Source: Iphione sp. A-MEVVRFRX5
Taxonomy: Eukaryota
DNA: 64,000 nt
Direction of reading: 5' to 3'
Assembly: GCA_976226885.1 (NCBI GenBank)
Contig: OZ320317.1
Span: 50,716,001-50,780,000, forward strand
The notes under the pieces are model-generated. The model was not told the origin of the DNA, did not search any database, and saw only the letters and a list, made by a program, of their open reading frames with translations. How positions within the stretch are numbered: position 1 is the stretch's first letter; each line of letters opens with the position of its first letter. Of the stretch, positions 11,635 to 26,800 are shown piece after piece. The position numbers were made by a program, and so were the translations under genes.

Positions 11635-13439
11635 TAAGTAGGAATATCTCTGTTTTGAACTAACCAGTAAATACTCATAATGCTAACCCTTATTTACAGA
11701 TGAAAATAATGCCATCAAATGTCTAACCAGTAAGTGTCATATTTGAAAGTACAGATGACCACCGAAAAGGACAGAAAAGTAAGCTACATTATCTATGTAG
11801 CAAACACAAACACTTTCAAGTTTCCACAAACTATGACAGATTGGGTTTTGGACTTATATCTGTTTGTTTGATGTGATTGTCAGTTCGACTAAGGGCCAAT
11901 CTTGATGAGAAGGAAGGAGGGAACCACTCAGCCACCTTCATGGTGCCCACTTTGTCGGAAGTCTTGATTGCCTTGTGCCTTTCTGCCATGGATCAGAATC
12001 TTGATATTTAAGACTCAGAAAAAGAATTAAAAGGAACAATCTGTATCTAGTCCATCATGCCAGTATCTAGTCTTTAAAAACCCTCAGTATGTAGTCACTG
12101 ACTGGCAGGCTGGTGCTCCATCAGGGTGATCTTTTATTGTCATCGGGTGGTCATTTTTGAGCCTCAGCCAACAGTATGAGGCAGGGGGGATTGGGGTTGG
12201 TCCCTCTGTCTGTCTCTCTCTCTGTTCAACTATCCAAAGAGCATTAATGCATAATGCCTGGTATGATAGTATGAGCACCCTACCAGCATCTTGGGGATGC
12301 TATTGACATTTTCAGTAGGTCCATCATTCTGGGGGCTGGAGGCTGACAGCTGCTGTCTAGCCCTTTTTAAGCCTCGCCTGGTTGGAATATACTCTGCGAG
12401 CCATTGCAAGATGATGCTGCAGAATGCACCTGACCTCTCTAACAATTCCCTTATATCCCTGAGTCATGTGCTTAGAATGGGTGTCTTTTAGTTGTGCAAT
12501 TAATGCCACTCAGGTACTTCTCACTCCTGAACTCATAATTTTCCATATCTTGATTGAAACAGCAATTTTTTAATCAAGTCGTTGTCCCCAAACCCCTGGT
12601 GCCTGGATGTACAGCCTGTCTTCAAACTTTCCCATTCAATTCTATGGAATTCTTGGTCATTACTTCCACTGTAGACCACACCATAGTCATGGTACTACTG
12701 GCACCATCTGACTGATAGCACTAAGTTTTCATGTGGTGCTGTGGGCCAGGGACAGCATTCCAACAGTGGAGTGTCCATTTGTGTCTGCCTGCGACAGCAG
12801 GTTCGAGTCTCAGTACATTCTTCTTCTCCTCTAGGACCTCCATGTCTAATTCATCCTTGCTCATGTCTAACACATCCTGAACTTCGACCATTGACAGGAC
12901 ATTAACTCATACCTATTATTTTCCACTGATCATCTTCCACTGACACCTTTGGTAGACCCATGGGCCATGATTCCACGGACTTGGAGCTGAAACCTGCCAA
13001 AGTACCATGGTGACTGGCCATTTTGGCACCCCTCTCTTCATTTTTTTTATTCATGGAGGGAACACTTGGGGCCATTTTGGCTTTTAGTTAACATCAGTTA
13101 TCTTTTATTTTTATTGTCATTGGGTGGAAATGACATTCACGGTCAGCCATTTTTTAGCCTCATCCCCTATTGGGAGGGGATGGGGGGTGAGGAGAGGTTG
13201 CCTGCCCCTGAGTTTAACAAATCCACCGACCCGAAGAAGGTAGTGGGGTAAAGTAATGGCTTCTGATCGAAAAGTCCCTGAAAAAAAACTGTTTTGATCT
13301 ACTATTATGTATTTTTTATGTGTTTGTTCTTTGTTGACATGTAAATAAAAGGAAATTGTGCAAATAATACAGTTGTTTGTCTTATTCTCATTCACAATTG
13401 CAAATATAAGACTACTATGCACTTATTAGTGTAATATCC

Positions 13440-13860
13440 ATATTTGAATTATATTATGTATATTATATAAGATTATGTATATATTATATATTATATAAGA
13501 TTATGTATATATTATGTATATGTCAAGTATATATATATGAAAAGATATATTGATATAGATATATAGATATAGATTTATATAGATATAGATCTATATAGTA
13601 TTGATGTACTCTTTTTGCAATCTTTCTCTTTCATATTTAACGCCAATTTCAATTGTGGCACAATATGAAAATGAATAGTACAGAATGAATAGGACAGAGT
13701 AAGGATAAGAATAAGATATGAAGATAAATATGATATGATATCATAAGCATGATAAATATGATATATACAAATACGATATGATAGGCATGAAGTAGAACTA
13801 GGTAAAGATCTGATATTATAAGCATGAAATATTATATATGATATAGGATAAATATGAAAT
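13440..13860. repeat. AT-rich low-complexity / degenerate microsatellite tract (TATAT, ATATAG, GATAT units)
   Basis: Seen directly in the sequence. Confidence 0.85.
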
Positions 13861-16144
13861 TCATTTGATGTGGAAATTGGCATGTATGACCTCCTTCATT
13901 TTTGGCTCTGGTTTCTCAGGGAGTTATTCTGTCTGATTACATCATCATAAAAAGAATTATGTCGAATATGTAATTTCATATATGTCATACCAAATATTGA
14001 TTATATAATGATATATTGGACAAGTTGGATGAGCTGAATATTTTTGGTTATAAATACTGTGTGACAAGTTTAGACAAGAGATTCTGTTATTAAAAAATAC
14101 CGGTCACAAAAACCAACATACTCGGTCTTATCAACCGAGCTGGTGGGACATATATGAATAACATAAGGAGACATATAAGACAGATGTCATATATACAGAC
14201 AGAGGTCACCCCAAAAAACAAGTCATAAACAATCATGGACAGTCATATAGATCATTGGTCACTAGGACAGACGGTCATACCAACCGCCAATCCTGCCAAG
14301 TACCCTGGTGTATACAAGCCTAGCCACAGCAAGTCAGCAGGCAGCAGCTAAGCTAAAAAATCATATTGGCTCAGCATAACTTGCCTCTGGCATATTGCCT
14401 TAATTCACTCACGTACTTCCCTGTATGTCTCTCTGTACATGTATTAGTCTACGAAATTCCAGCCTCAAGAGGCTTTGTCAACAATTATTATGTGTATTAT
14501 TGATCTACTTCTGTCTGAAGATATACTCTGTATGCCATCTGATGTACGGGATTGATATACATGATGTTTGCTTAATAAATCTTGTCTCCAATGATGTAAT
14601 TCTATATCAGTTTATTCTTCGTAGCACAATACCGATTTACAATATCGCTAATGTGACCACTTGGGCCACGAACGGAGGGATGGTCGCAAATAAGCAGTTG
14701 ACTGTATTAGTGTTTGCTTTTCTGTCCCTCTCTGTTTTCATCTCCCCAGATATCTTGCATATGGGTATATCTTGGCTATCAAATAATCTATTCATTGAAT
14801 TATCATTTTTTGCATTATTATGTAATCATCTGCTTTCATCCAGCTGGAAAGAATATTTCAGGTGATAGCAACTATCACCTACTTGACTGACGCGACTGAC
14901 GCACCTGGAACACACAAAGTTCCGGAGGACATTTCATGTCGTAAAAGGAGAGGTTTATAAATTACATCAGGCTTCTGACCTCTGCTCAAACCTAACATGA
15001 CTCTATAATTATCACCACATTATTTTTTATTAATCTTATTGAGTCATGTTAGATATACTCTTTGTATATAACTGGGTACTCCGCATTTCATATATTTGCG
15101 TTCAATAAATTTGAAAAGTTCCAGAGGCTCGTATACATTATTAGATATTTTCTGGAAATATCATCTATTTAAAAGCAGAGAAATTTTAGACTAATGGTTG
15201 TCTTCAAATATGCCTTCTCATGTGGTCTTATTAAGTACTAGTTGAAGTTTCATGATCGATTTGGTGAAACAGTTTGATATTCGATGTGTTTGTAATTTCT
15301 AAGACACAATTTTCTCTTTTTGGTAAAAGAACGAGGAGAAAACGGGGAGAAGGAAAAGGAGTATCAAGAAGAAAGGTAGGAGTTACAGAGGGTGTAGGGT
15401 CATTGGAAGAGTTTTCTTGATTTTAAATTTTAACTGGTATTAATTCATGATCGAAATTGAAAGTGTTACCGACAGATATGGCGATATCAATGTTGACAAT
15501 CCTTGGCCCTATGATCGCTGTTTACTAGGCCTGTTCCTCCACGTCTTTCCTATCCATCTCATATGATTATACCTGTAGCAAAATTACCCTATTTATTGCA
15601 GCAATGCACTTTGCACTTGTTGTTGTGATAAAATAAATTTTCCTTAACAGAATACAGTGAATACAGTCGAATCGCGCTTTGGAAATAAAAAAAGATGATA
15701 ACGGTCTCTCTGTTGGACCATCTTCAGTAGAACTGGGTCAATTCATTCAGTAGACGATGCACTAAATATTTGGTAAACTTGTTTTACACAGGAGCAGGGG
15801 ATACCTAAGGGTATTCTGATTTAATTTTACCAACTGATGACAATTTCTTTGTGTCAAAATTTAGTGTCCCTTGTTAAAACGGATTAAAACATGTTTGCTC
15901 GAATATGCATGCCCATTTATTTAAATAATTTCCTTCATACCTCTACTTTATTCCATTTAAATGAGAAAACATTAACTTTAGTTATTTTCATTTACACATC
16001 ATAAAGAAATTTTTTATTCATTTTCTGAAACCACTAAAGATAAAGATTTTTTATTGATGAAGATGCATTATTGCCTAAAAAAACTCGGACATTATACAAA
16101 TAGAACCAGTAATGGACAGTGCTCGGACATTATCTACTATGTAT

Positions 16145-16240
16145 ATTACCATTATTACTATTGTTATCATAATTATGATTATAACTATTATCATTATTAT
16201 TATCATCATTATTATTATTATTACTAGCATCATTATTGAG
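16145..16240. repeat. Degenerate (ATT/ATC)n microsatellite
   Basis: Seen directly in the sequence. Confidence 0.9.
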
Positions 16241-17249
16241 CAAACCACAATTTACATAGTTTAGTCATACGCCTGCGCGACCAGAATATTTACGCTGTCA
16301 CTCAAATTGGTCGTAGTATAATTTTCGTTTTTACAGGCATGAACCTAGTTACACCTGTTCTGAGGTAATGTCCTCACAGACAGATCGAAATTAGTCGGCG
16401 ACACTTGAACGAGTCAAATTTGTCCCGAGTATCTCAATCTTCCTATGGAAACCGTAAATATTACAGAGGCCGGAAGCAAACTCAGCGATCACATCGCAAT
16501 TATTGTCAAGCAGCCTGCATATCAAATGCATGCACGGTCAATCGGAAGAGTACTTTCCCTCTCCAACCAAGCATTGCCCAAAACAGACATTCCTTTAGTA
16601 TTACACTGTACATTTGTCCACCAGAGTACCCGTAGGCAGCAATCTGGGAGCTAGTGCCAGGCTGTGTCAATAAAAAGCTCACGTTTTTGACGAAATATAT
16701 CATTTCTTTTACATGAAACTCATTGCCAATACAATATCCTACCAATTCATAAAATGGCTGTTCACGGGGACAGTCCTCTCTCTCTATCATATTTTTAGTA
16801 TGGTTCAATAACCAATAACAATAGATCATTAATAATAAAAGGTTATGAAATTTCTCCCTCTCTCTCTATCATGTACATGTGATCATGTGTGAGCGACAGT
16901 GTTGCTCAAATATTGTCTGCATGGATTGATCATTCACAACCCATGACATTACATGCATTGCATCATTGGTTGAAGAATGCTTTGAATGACAGGTATCATG
17001 ACTGTAAAACATGTTGACCTGTCATGTGGTGCTGCATCAATTGATGGATCACTAGGTACTCTTACAATGCATGATTTTTCACAATTTGTGATGTCATAAT
17101 AGAGAGCCCAGGATTAGTTTGCTGTACTTCAAGACATTGTCTTGAGAAACAATGAACATAAGTGTCGTAAAGGTGTGACTGTCAGTTTGGCAATATGCTT
17201 ATTAGTGACCAAGCCCATCAATGTGACTCTATTAGCTCAAAAAAGAATT

Positions 17250-20200
17250 TTTGCTGCTGTTGCCCTATATAGCAAAATAGCATAGCATAATTCTTTTACA
17301 TGTCTATCTGGTTTGAAATGATGCAACTAGTGTCTTAGTGTGGTGTGCAGTGCTTGTTGCTCTTGCTTTCTGCTCTCACCACTGGCTAACAGTTTGCTGC
17401 AAAAAGAGAGCCAAGTGCATAGGTCTGTCCTGCCAGTACACAGTCTCTCCACTAGCAAGCTCCATAGGGTGCCTCCTTACAGTAAAACAGTGATTCTTGT
17501 TGATTACTGGCTGGAGCCTTCATGGGGACTAGGAGAAGTGATCCCTAAACATTTGATGTGAGGCCCAAGTGTGTGTGGACATGCCCTGGTCTCATAAGAA
17601 CCAGTTTTCAATCTATGAGCAAAGAGCCTCACTGTCTTGTGGATAAATCAGGAGAGGTAAGGCTAAGGGAGTAAACCCTAACAGAATATCAAGAGTGTAG
17701 TCCCTAATGCAGGCTGCACACAAACTCTATATGCACTCTTGCAGTTCTTGCATCCCCTCATATTCACCAGTATTCTAGATTAGCTCTTACCACTGTCATT
17801 AAATTTGGGGAGATGAGGTAGTGAAGGTTATGTTGTGTAAGTCACGCTCACTATCCATTCATAGATCATATAGCCTTGTCCTTGTCAGACATTTCTAATG
17901 CCAGAGTCGTTGACTACACTACATGAAAAGGCATAATTTAGAAAGCATGGAGTTGGAAAGTGTAGGAATAATGGTCTCCTCTTATTGAGATTGTACTCGA
18001 AATGTAAACTTGTTATGACTAATATAATGATTAGATTCCCTACATGGAACAAGACATCATGTATCTCCCAATAACCAATACAAATACAAAAGGTGAAAAA
18101 AAGATATTTAATTTACAATTGGCTGGTGGATAATGAGCAAAGTCCATTAGAGGGGAGGGGTACTCTACACCTCACCTTTTAGCCTGCATTTTGCTTATAC
18201 ACTGAATGTGAACAGGTGTTTTTCTTACTTTTCACACTTGTTTTTGGATACAAAGCCAAGCCATGTATGATTACGCAAGCTAAGAGCTTGATTTAAAGAC
18301 CATTATGGCTTTATAAGATTTTAGTATGTTGGATGTATTCACGTGATATGCTGATTGGGATTTCCATGTCCCTAGGGCCATTATGGACTGACTAGGGGCT
18401 CCCATTGCCTGTAAATTGGCGGACCCCCTCTTCTTTGGCTATGTAGGGAATAGTCTTGGGGATATAGGCCAGTTGTCTTTAATAACACTTTTAGGGCATT
18501 AGAGCTTGACACAGCATCCGTCTTTAGTAAATGTCATCTTTCCATTGTAATTGCTTATCTGCAGTGAAGCCTTCAACTCCTGCCAGAATGTTGCTCTGTC
18601 TGACTAGGGAATGGAACATAAATAAATATAGTGATTTTAGAACCACCCCTAAGTTCCCCATTTTCTTTAATAAAATGATAAATCATGATAAGTGCTTCAG
18701 AGTGATTGGCAGTTTTCTATGAATCTGATGTTTTGATTCCCTTTCCATGGCTTTTAGAGTGAATTTGACCTTTGGGTGATCGAGGGGGGCTGTATTCATA
18801 TCCACCATATTAAAGAAATATCTTATGGATGAAATGACCTGATTAATGGATGAAGTAGTATACACAAAACCCAAGGAATAACTTCATTGCTCATTTCTTT
18901 GCCTTGAATGTCACCTCTGTTACTGCTTTTGTCTGTCTAACAGCTGCCATGCTGGCTAGGGGGTGCAGTTTGGGGTCTGTAATTAAAAAATCTGAAGTCT
19001 GTACTTTTTGACAGGCAGGATTGTTTGACAAAAAGTTAGCAACTATCCTCTTGTATTTGGAAGCCAAATTAAATCATGATAAGGCATCAGCAACTATCAT
19101 CTGAGATCCAGCTTTATGTTTGAATATGCATTTAACATGGAAAAAAATATCATCCAAATTGATCTAGCTGCCATTAGGATATAGGGGTCTTGACCTCTGC
19201 CTAGCCTGAATACATGTACTTCAATTGTGGCTATGTTATCACAGAAGACTACAATTGTGATCCCTGTTGGCATTAGTGGGAGGAAGGCCCTGAGTGCTAT
19301 GGCAACATTAATAGACTCCAGTTCTGAAATGTGGAACTGTCTAAGAAATGGGGGGTTGTCTCTGAGTAATATTGGAATGGGGAATAGGCTCCTATACCAT
19401 GTAAGATAGCGTCACAATGAATCTCAGTGTAAACATGGGAGTTAGGTATCAATGAGAGGCCATTGTACCTGGGGAGAAATCTTAAGAACCACAATAGGTC
19501 TTTCTTTGCTTCTTGGTCATTTTGAAAAAAGGGGAGGGCCTCTGTGAGACTATAGTGATATTAAATTAGAATACAACTGACAAATAGCCTGGCTGGTGAC
19601 ACAACCTTTGAAATAAAATTCAAGAGTCCCAACAAACTTTGTAGTGTCTTATAAAGGATACTATCCTTATTTAGTGATTGCCTGACTTTACATAAACACT
19701 GGGTAATCTTTTGAGTGGGAATCGACATCGTCATATCAGAGAGGTTGAAGATGCCGAGCCATTTGAGGGCCCTTGTCGGTGGTACACATTTATGGGAGGC
19801 TTGGGGGAGGCCTAATTTTTTTAGGAGATTGAGAGTGAAATGCTATGCACTAGTCACTGTATCCCTGTTTTGTGACAGAAATATGTAAACATCCAGGTAT
19901 GGATATGCAATCAAGGTATTATAGTGTCGTTTAACAAAGTTAACAAGGAGCTCAGCTAGGACTTGTACCAATAATGAACTATATCTTGTTCCAAATGGAA
20001 GTCTCTTACCAAACTAGTAGTTTCCATCGTGTTTAATGCCTAAGAAAGGCCAATAAATTGGGACTACAGGGAAGTGGTCAAACCATTTCTTTATATCAAC
20101 TGCAAACAGATACGCTGTAGGGGGGGCTGCGGCAATAGTATCTGCCAAGTTATGAGTGGTCAGTAAGGATAAGTAAATCTCTGTTTCATAATAGTCGTGG

Positions 20201-21850
20201 TCTGGTATGGTGGAATTCACATTTGAAGCTGATAAGTCTACTATGATTCGTCTATTGTGATTGTCTTTTGGTCTTGTCATCATTGGGCTAGTAATGAATG
20301 GTGAGAAAGGGGGGGGGGTTGCATAGGGTCCTGCTATAGCATTGTCCTCCCACTCTGCTGTGATATAATCTTGGACCGCCTGGGGTTAGGCTGTGGCTGA
20401 GACTGGGTTTCAGGGGACAGTTTTCTTATACTTAGGGGAAAGCCAAATTCAACACAGTCATAGATAAAATTATCTTTAGAAGGGGGGTGTGCCAGGAGTT
20501 AAGACCATTCCTCGAGGTCGAGACCTGTATGCACTGGGATTCTAGCTTCCATTGAAATTGTTTCTACCAGTGGCTCTAACTTGAGAATATATATAATGGT
20601 CTTGATCCTTCAATACAGATATTTAAACGGGCCAATTACACAAAACAAGGGGGACCTTCTCATCTAGGAGTGGTGGTTTTTCCTACAAGAAAATGAACAT
20701 TAGGGGTATAATTCAACAAATTGTCATTTGAAACATGATGTCGTTCCAGTTCACTCAGTTGGCTTGCCAGCCGTCTTGTCTCTGTTGATGCCTGTGTGGT
20801 TGGGGTTGCTGTTCGCTGGTAGACCATTGCTGCTTGTCCACCTGGTCCTTCTGCAGCTTCTGTTTCTGCCTGCAAACATCCAGTCTGTGGTCCAACATCT
20901 TATTGGGTGCAAAATAACAAATTGGGCATGCATGAGACAAGACATATTCACCAACACGATGCTCTGAGTCTTTTTTGCACTTTCCCTGCTGCCATTGAGG
21001 GCAGGATATGAAAGGCTGGTGGTCTACCCCTTTATGCAGGAATCGTTCATTGCTATGGCTTTATGCTGTGTATAATGTTCGTATCACTAAGGGGAAACCT
21101 CTTGGTGCTTACCCCATCCCAGACTTCCCCCACCCACTTGAGTAGGGGGGCCCAGGGGAGGTAGGCAGCTTCACAGCAAATGTCTTTTAAATGATTTAAA
21201 TGATTGTCTCTCTTATTAATGTGTCTGGTGGGAGAGAGTTTGATGTGTACATATTCAGCAAGCCAGTAAGATCTTGAAAACTGGTAAGGGAGGAGAGGCG
21301 AAGCTTCTCTGTGGCTGACTGGTAGACATATTGGGCAGGTGACAACCCTCTCTTACCTTTGAAATTGAGGAATTCTGGATATATTGCATGCATGAAATTC
21401 TCCATGCTGTCATCGCCTATATCCCTGAGGTTGTCTGGTGGAGGGGACTCATCCTGTGATTCCTCCATGTCTTGGTCTTGTATGTCATCCTGACCCCGAG
21501 TGTGAATGGGGGAGAGGGAGGCGATGGTGTCACCGGTAGCACCGGCTGGGCCTTCTTGTGACTTCTTCGTTGCCTGCCTCATCTTCACTGAATATCCCCA
21601 TCCTTCTTTTGGTTGTTTAGCTTTGTCTGCATTGTCAAGTCATGCCTCTAAGGTTTTCATGCATTGAGTCAGTTCCCTGACTGCTATCGCCATCGTGGTG
21701 TATAGCAAAAATAGCACGTGGCCGGGTGAATGCTATTTATAGTGTTTCAAACGAGGTGCAGCAGGCACAACTGAGGGCCCACAGGCCCAGTATTGACTTA
21801 TATATGCAAGCCTCCTGGTGTTTAGTAGAGATACTATACTACTGCGCCTC
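17250..21850 (-). mobile_element. Decayed DIRS-order (Ngaro/PAT-like) tyrosine-recombinase retrotransposon: gag, RT, RNase H, YR
   Basis: Gag-like ORFs 21196-21588 and ~20750-20960; RT (RRIIVDLS, FAVDIKKWFDHFPV, RLPFG, YPYLD) ~19600-20300; RNase H (IHCDAILHGIGA, IVADALS) ~18950-19500; YR N-terminus (SSINQVISSIRY, HPKVKFTLKAMER, RKLPIT) 18683-18874. Boundaries approximate. Confidence 0.85.
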
Positions 21851-21869
21851 TACAGTACTTTTACAATGC

Positions 21870-23830
21870 ACCAAGATCAAAGTAATGACATCTCATTGAA
21901 TTACATCATTGTACAACAAGAAGATCAGAAAGACATATGTGTGACCAAAAACATGTGCAGAGCTGAGTGCTGAACAAAAATGAAAATAAAACACAAGGGA
22001 TGTCCTCAAGGATCTACAGCATCCAGAAGACTGTCTATCACCAAACTAAAGGATGAAGAAACAAAATAATCAGTCCAAGAGGAACTTAGTATCACACTAA
22101 ATGAATTTCAATGGGCTGAAGATGTTGAGAAACATTGGACACAATTTTGCAATGATGCAATGATGCACCTATGATGCATTTTCAAAATGACATCAAAAAC
22201 TTCTATGCAGCAAGAAATACAGTGTGTGAACCACAGTTATACAGCACAACCCACACCTCGATTTGCAGAGGAATCACATCATTGACCAATAGAGAAAAGA
22301 GCCTATCATGTTGGCCTGAATTGCACTTTCCTTTATGTATTAATACCTCCTGCCTGGGCTGATGTTTTAGTCATGAAAAGTCTTAGATTTATCTGTTTCC
22401 TGTCACGATCCCATCACAGTATTCACAGAAGTAAATGATGTACGTTGACAAGGCCGTGCTGCCAGACTTATTTCATATTGGTCGAGTAAGGAATAAGCCT
22501 GCTTGTAGGGATACAACAAACCCCCACTTAATTACATTGTCTGCATAAGTATTTTTGCTTGGATGGGAAATAGACATCTCGACTCTTGAATACTAATAAT
22601 AATATTAGAAATGATCCTTCCCAGATTAATAATGAAGGTATTAAGCCTCTACACTACAAAGACCTCAACATAACTCTCTTTAAACAGGAACAGAAAAGGC
22701 TAAGTAGAAAGGTACCAGAGAGGGGTGTCATACTAGCTGAAGTTTATAAGGATGGAGGTCCCATACAACTTGAGACGATAACATCACTCTTACAAAACAT
22801 CAGGTCCAAGATCACCATACACCAAGAATTCAAGGATGCAAATATCATTTACCTTGTGACAGCCTTTATTGACCTGCCCAAAGCTTTTGACACTGCCAGC
22901 TGTGAGTGCTTATGGAAAGTCATGACCAAGGTTAGATGTCCAGAGAATTTGTGTCAGTTATAAGAGAATTTCATGATGGCAAACAAGTCTGAGGGCTTGA
23001 CAACAGGGCATTTTCTGAGCCATTTGCTGTCACAATGGTATTAGGCAGGGATGTGTCCTTGCACCAATCCTGTTCACTTTGTTCACTGCAGTGCTTCATG
23101 GTAGACCCAGGGTCTGAAGTTAAATTCAGAATGGATGGAAAGCTCTTTGAGCTAAGATGAAAGCCAACACTGCATCCTCAGAACCTATCCGTTTGCCAAG
23201 GGCTGTGCTCTGAATATGAGAAATGAAAGAGACGTGTAACGCAGTATGAATCTTTTCTCTCTTTTCTCCTTAGCATCAGTACCAAGAAGACAAAAGTCCT
23301 TTTTCAACTAGCTCCAGGCCAGCCATATGTTGAACCCTGAATCGCAATTGAACAAAACCTCTGAAATATGTAGACATATACTCAGTAGTACACTGTCCTG
23401 TCAAGTTAACATTGATGATGGGACAGATGCTCACATGTCCAAAGCAAGCTGTGCTGTGTTAAGAAACTGAACCACGTACACCTCTCTTGCCTCAGGAAGC
23501 TTCGCAACATCAAAATATGGTGACACAAGATCCCAGACACAGAGGTCCTAACTAAAAGAGGACTTCCCAGTATCTTCACTATCCTCAAGAAAACTCAGCT
23601 GAGCTGGGTTGGCCGGTCCTGCAAATGCAAGACACAAGACTTCCCCAAATACTACTCTATGGGGAGCTGACCACTAGTTCAAGAATACACAATTGTCAGA
23701 AGACATGCTACAAAGACTCCCTCAAAGCCTTCCTCAAAGACTTCAACATTGATACATTAAACTGAGAATCTGATACTACAGATTGTACCAATTGGAGGAG
23801 CACCATTCACAAAGAAGAAGAGAATTTTGG
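21870..23830 (+). mobile_element. Decayed RTE-clade LINE, interrupted at ~22170-22585
   Basis: AEVYKDGG, QEFKDANIIYL, AFIDLPKAFD, G.RQGCVLAPILF, FRMDGKLF, RLPQILLYGEL, YKDSLKAFLKDFNID, WRSTIH, with many stops and frameshifts. Confidence 0.85.
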
Positions 23831-26800
23831 ATTAGGATTTGCCTTGTGCAGTATTCAAGAGCTGCTTACAAATTTTGCCAAAGTAAAAAATATGCACGGA
23901 CTCTATAAAATGATTTCACTCTGACAGCTCTTTTCATGTACAAATTGGCCTTACAAGTCACATGAGATTTCACAAATGATGAAAAAGAAACTGAGAGCAT
24001 GGTCATCTTTAATGACAAAGGAGAAAGAAATATATAGCAAACGATCACTATGCAACCACACCAATTTCCGAGCAAACCAGTCTGCGACCACCCTGTCTAG
24101 GGTTGTTCCTATTGCATTTTAACATGGACTAACAGGAAACTTAGGGTCACGTGATCATCAAAGGAGGGTGCGCAGAGGCGTGAGGCAGCCAAACTACCCT
24201 GCAACCACACTTTCCAGGGTCGTTTCTATTTTTTTCTTCATATTCATAGTCATGCAGATGCGAGGATATGAGGGGTTAGTTCAATTTGCGACCATATCAC
24301 TAATGTAACCATTTAGGCATGGAATGGAGGGGTGGTCGCACATAGGCATTTGACTGTATATTCCTTCGGACACCCTTAGTCACCATACAAAAGTCACTTC
24401 TGCAAATGGCCTTTTGACCAATTCACTGTAAGCCTCCGCACCAGTGCCATGATCAGTGAAGTGATGTATGGGCAGACTACATCCTGAATCGTGGCAAAAG
24501 GAAGTGCATTTTGCATCGAATATGATCGTAGAGAGCCCCTTTGATTGACGCTCACATAATAACTTCTTGCTATCACTAATCGGGCATCAGAATCTCCTGT
24601 ACCCTATTTGACGCATGCTGAATCCTCTCTTAGTTACTGGCAAGTCGGATGATTATAGACTATCAAGCGTTTGGCTGCTGTCCTGATGTGAACGACGCTG
24701 AAAGCGTCTTCCGCACACCTCATTTGTATGGAGATTGGCTTGTATTTGGTGCATGAGCGGTAAGTGGCTACCAGGGAAGATATGACGAAGGGTTATCTGG
24801 CGCAGCCGCCACCCGACGCACCCCTCCCCACCTTCTCTACGAAATGTTCTCCGACTCCTCCGTACACATGCCACGCTACCACACGGACCCGTCCGTCCAC
24901 CTACACGCATACATGTACCACCTCGTCGAGATCCCACACCCCTTCCCTTGCCGACCCGGGCTGCGGATAGCACCCATCCCTCTGCATTCTACGTGCCATG
25001 GTTTCGTACACTGTATCACATCCCGATTTACGACAGTGGGCGTGGCTGGATCACCGAATTTGATGCAAGAGACTAGGACGGCAAGCTACCATCCCCCCCC
25101 CCCCCCGATGGCACGTGCGCCTGCCTGGCGCCCCGGAACAGCCGGGAGGCGGGGAAAGAGGCATCGACCGCCGAGAACCTCATGGCTACAAACTGCCTCC
25201 TAGAACGGCGCCAAGAGCAGGTCGTAAAGCATACTAACTCAACAAGGCATAATGCTGGGCGATTTGTGCTGACAGACAGGCAGATAGTCAATGGCTGACC
25301 TGAGATCCAATGGAAGAAATCGTTAGAGCGATAAAGACCTGTATATACGATATTTAAAAGGGTGTATTTATGTCTTGTGTTCAAGAGGACATGTATAACG
25401 CCAGTTGCAGAAATGGAGGAAGATAAAACAGGAATTGGTGATGATTTTTAAGAAGAGATAGTTCCCAGGAGATATATTGAGAAGTGATGTCCCACGGAGA
25501 GATCGTGACGAATTGTGTGCACACAAGAGAAGCGGTGATTGGCAATGGGCTGCTGGTCGATTTGGAGCGAGGAGGTGAAAATCGCAGCCTTACAGGATGT
25601 TCAGAAAGTGATAGGACGAAGAAAGTGTTGGGCGTGGGTGAGAGAGAGATATGTTGATGTCAGCACCAAAATAAGCCGTCCTAAACAATGACGGAAATAT
25701 TTCTTCTCTCATACCAACCATGCATCTAACAGTACATGGGTCTAGACCTATATTTCGTAAATGTGGCGGGGAAATCTGAATTATGAATGTATATTTATAT
25801 GTGTGTACTTATGCATAACAACTAGAGTACATGCATGTACAAGACATACACCAACCAAATTTTAACTAGCACTTCAAAAGACAGAGAGCGGCCGAAAACT
25901 ATATGTAACGGCATTACATTGCCTCGGCACGAAGAAAATCGACATAACTATTTGCAGAGGTTTCGGTACTCTCAATTTCGATGCTCATGCCTTTCATATT
26001 GGGATATATTGGAATTTGACCTTCATTTTGAGGAGCGAAAAACAAGTCAAATTTGACCTGAATCTGGAGAGACCTGTGATCAAAATGAGCTCATTGATGA
26101 AAGGGAAAGCCAATTTAGAAGTTTGCTTAAGACGGAGACGGGGCAAGGTGAGAAGCTCTTCCATATAACTTGGCCGAAGGTAAAAAGAAATCAAGATCAG
26201 TGAAAAGACTACTTAAAAGAACCCCCGGGATAATAGGCCTATCATATTGGAAGGGGAATTGAAGTCATAATGCATTCCAGAATTGCCAATTAATGTCTGT
26301 CCAATAAAGAAGAATCATTACACGACATTCATACTGAGAGGAGGCAGACTTTAAATTGGATGAGCAATAGAGCCGCAGCTTGTCAGGTTTTTCCACCAGA
26401 AGCAGCATGTCTGTGCAGGCCACTCGATAACTTAGTAAATTCAACAGAGCACCTTTTTATGTACTACTCACAACGCTGAGTTATTGTCTCTCTCGATCAG
26501 AATTTTCATCGCGTTTAGATTTGTTATCATGGTTAAACTTTGAAATAAAGTCGATCATTTATTCCGGGACGATCGTGCGTTCGTTCGCGTTATGACTTTT
26601 GCATGTTGATTCTAAACTTTGAAAAAAAATGAGGCTATAGGAACGTCTTGGTGGCATCTTCCTTGACATTTAGAAATAGTATTCAGGGTGACGTATGAAA
26701 TCTGTGGTATTTGTTCCTGACAAAGAGGACCTGTACATCGTGGCATTAGTCCACGTTTATCTCGCATTGATCTCAGGCAGACACCGGCTGTCTTAAAGTA

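Noticed and set aside
14425-14865. 146-aa hydrophobic ORF as a membrane protein
   Set aside because: Composition reflects T-rich non-coding DNA; no motif recognised.
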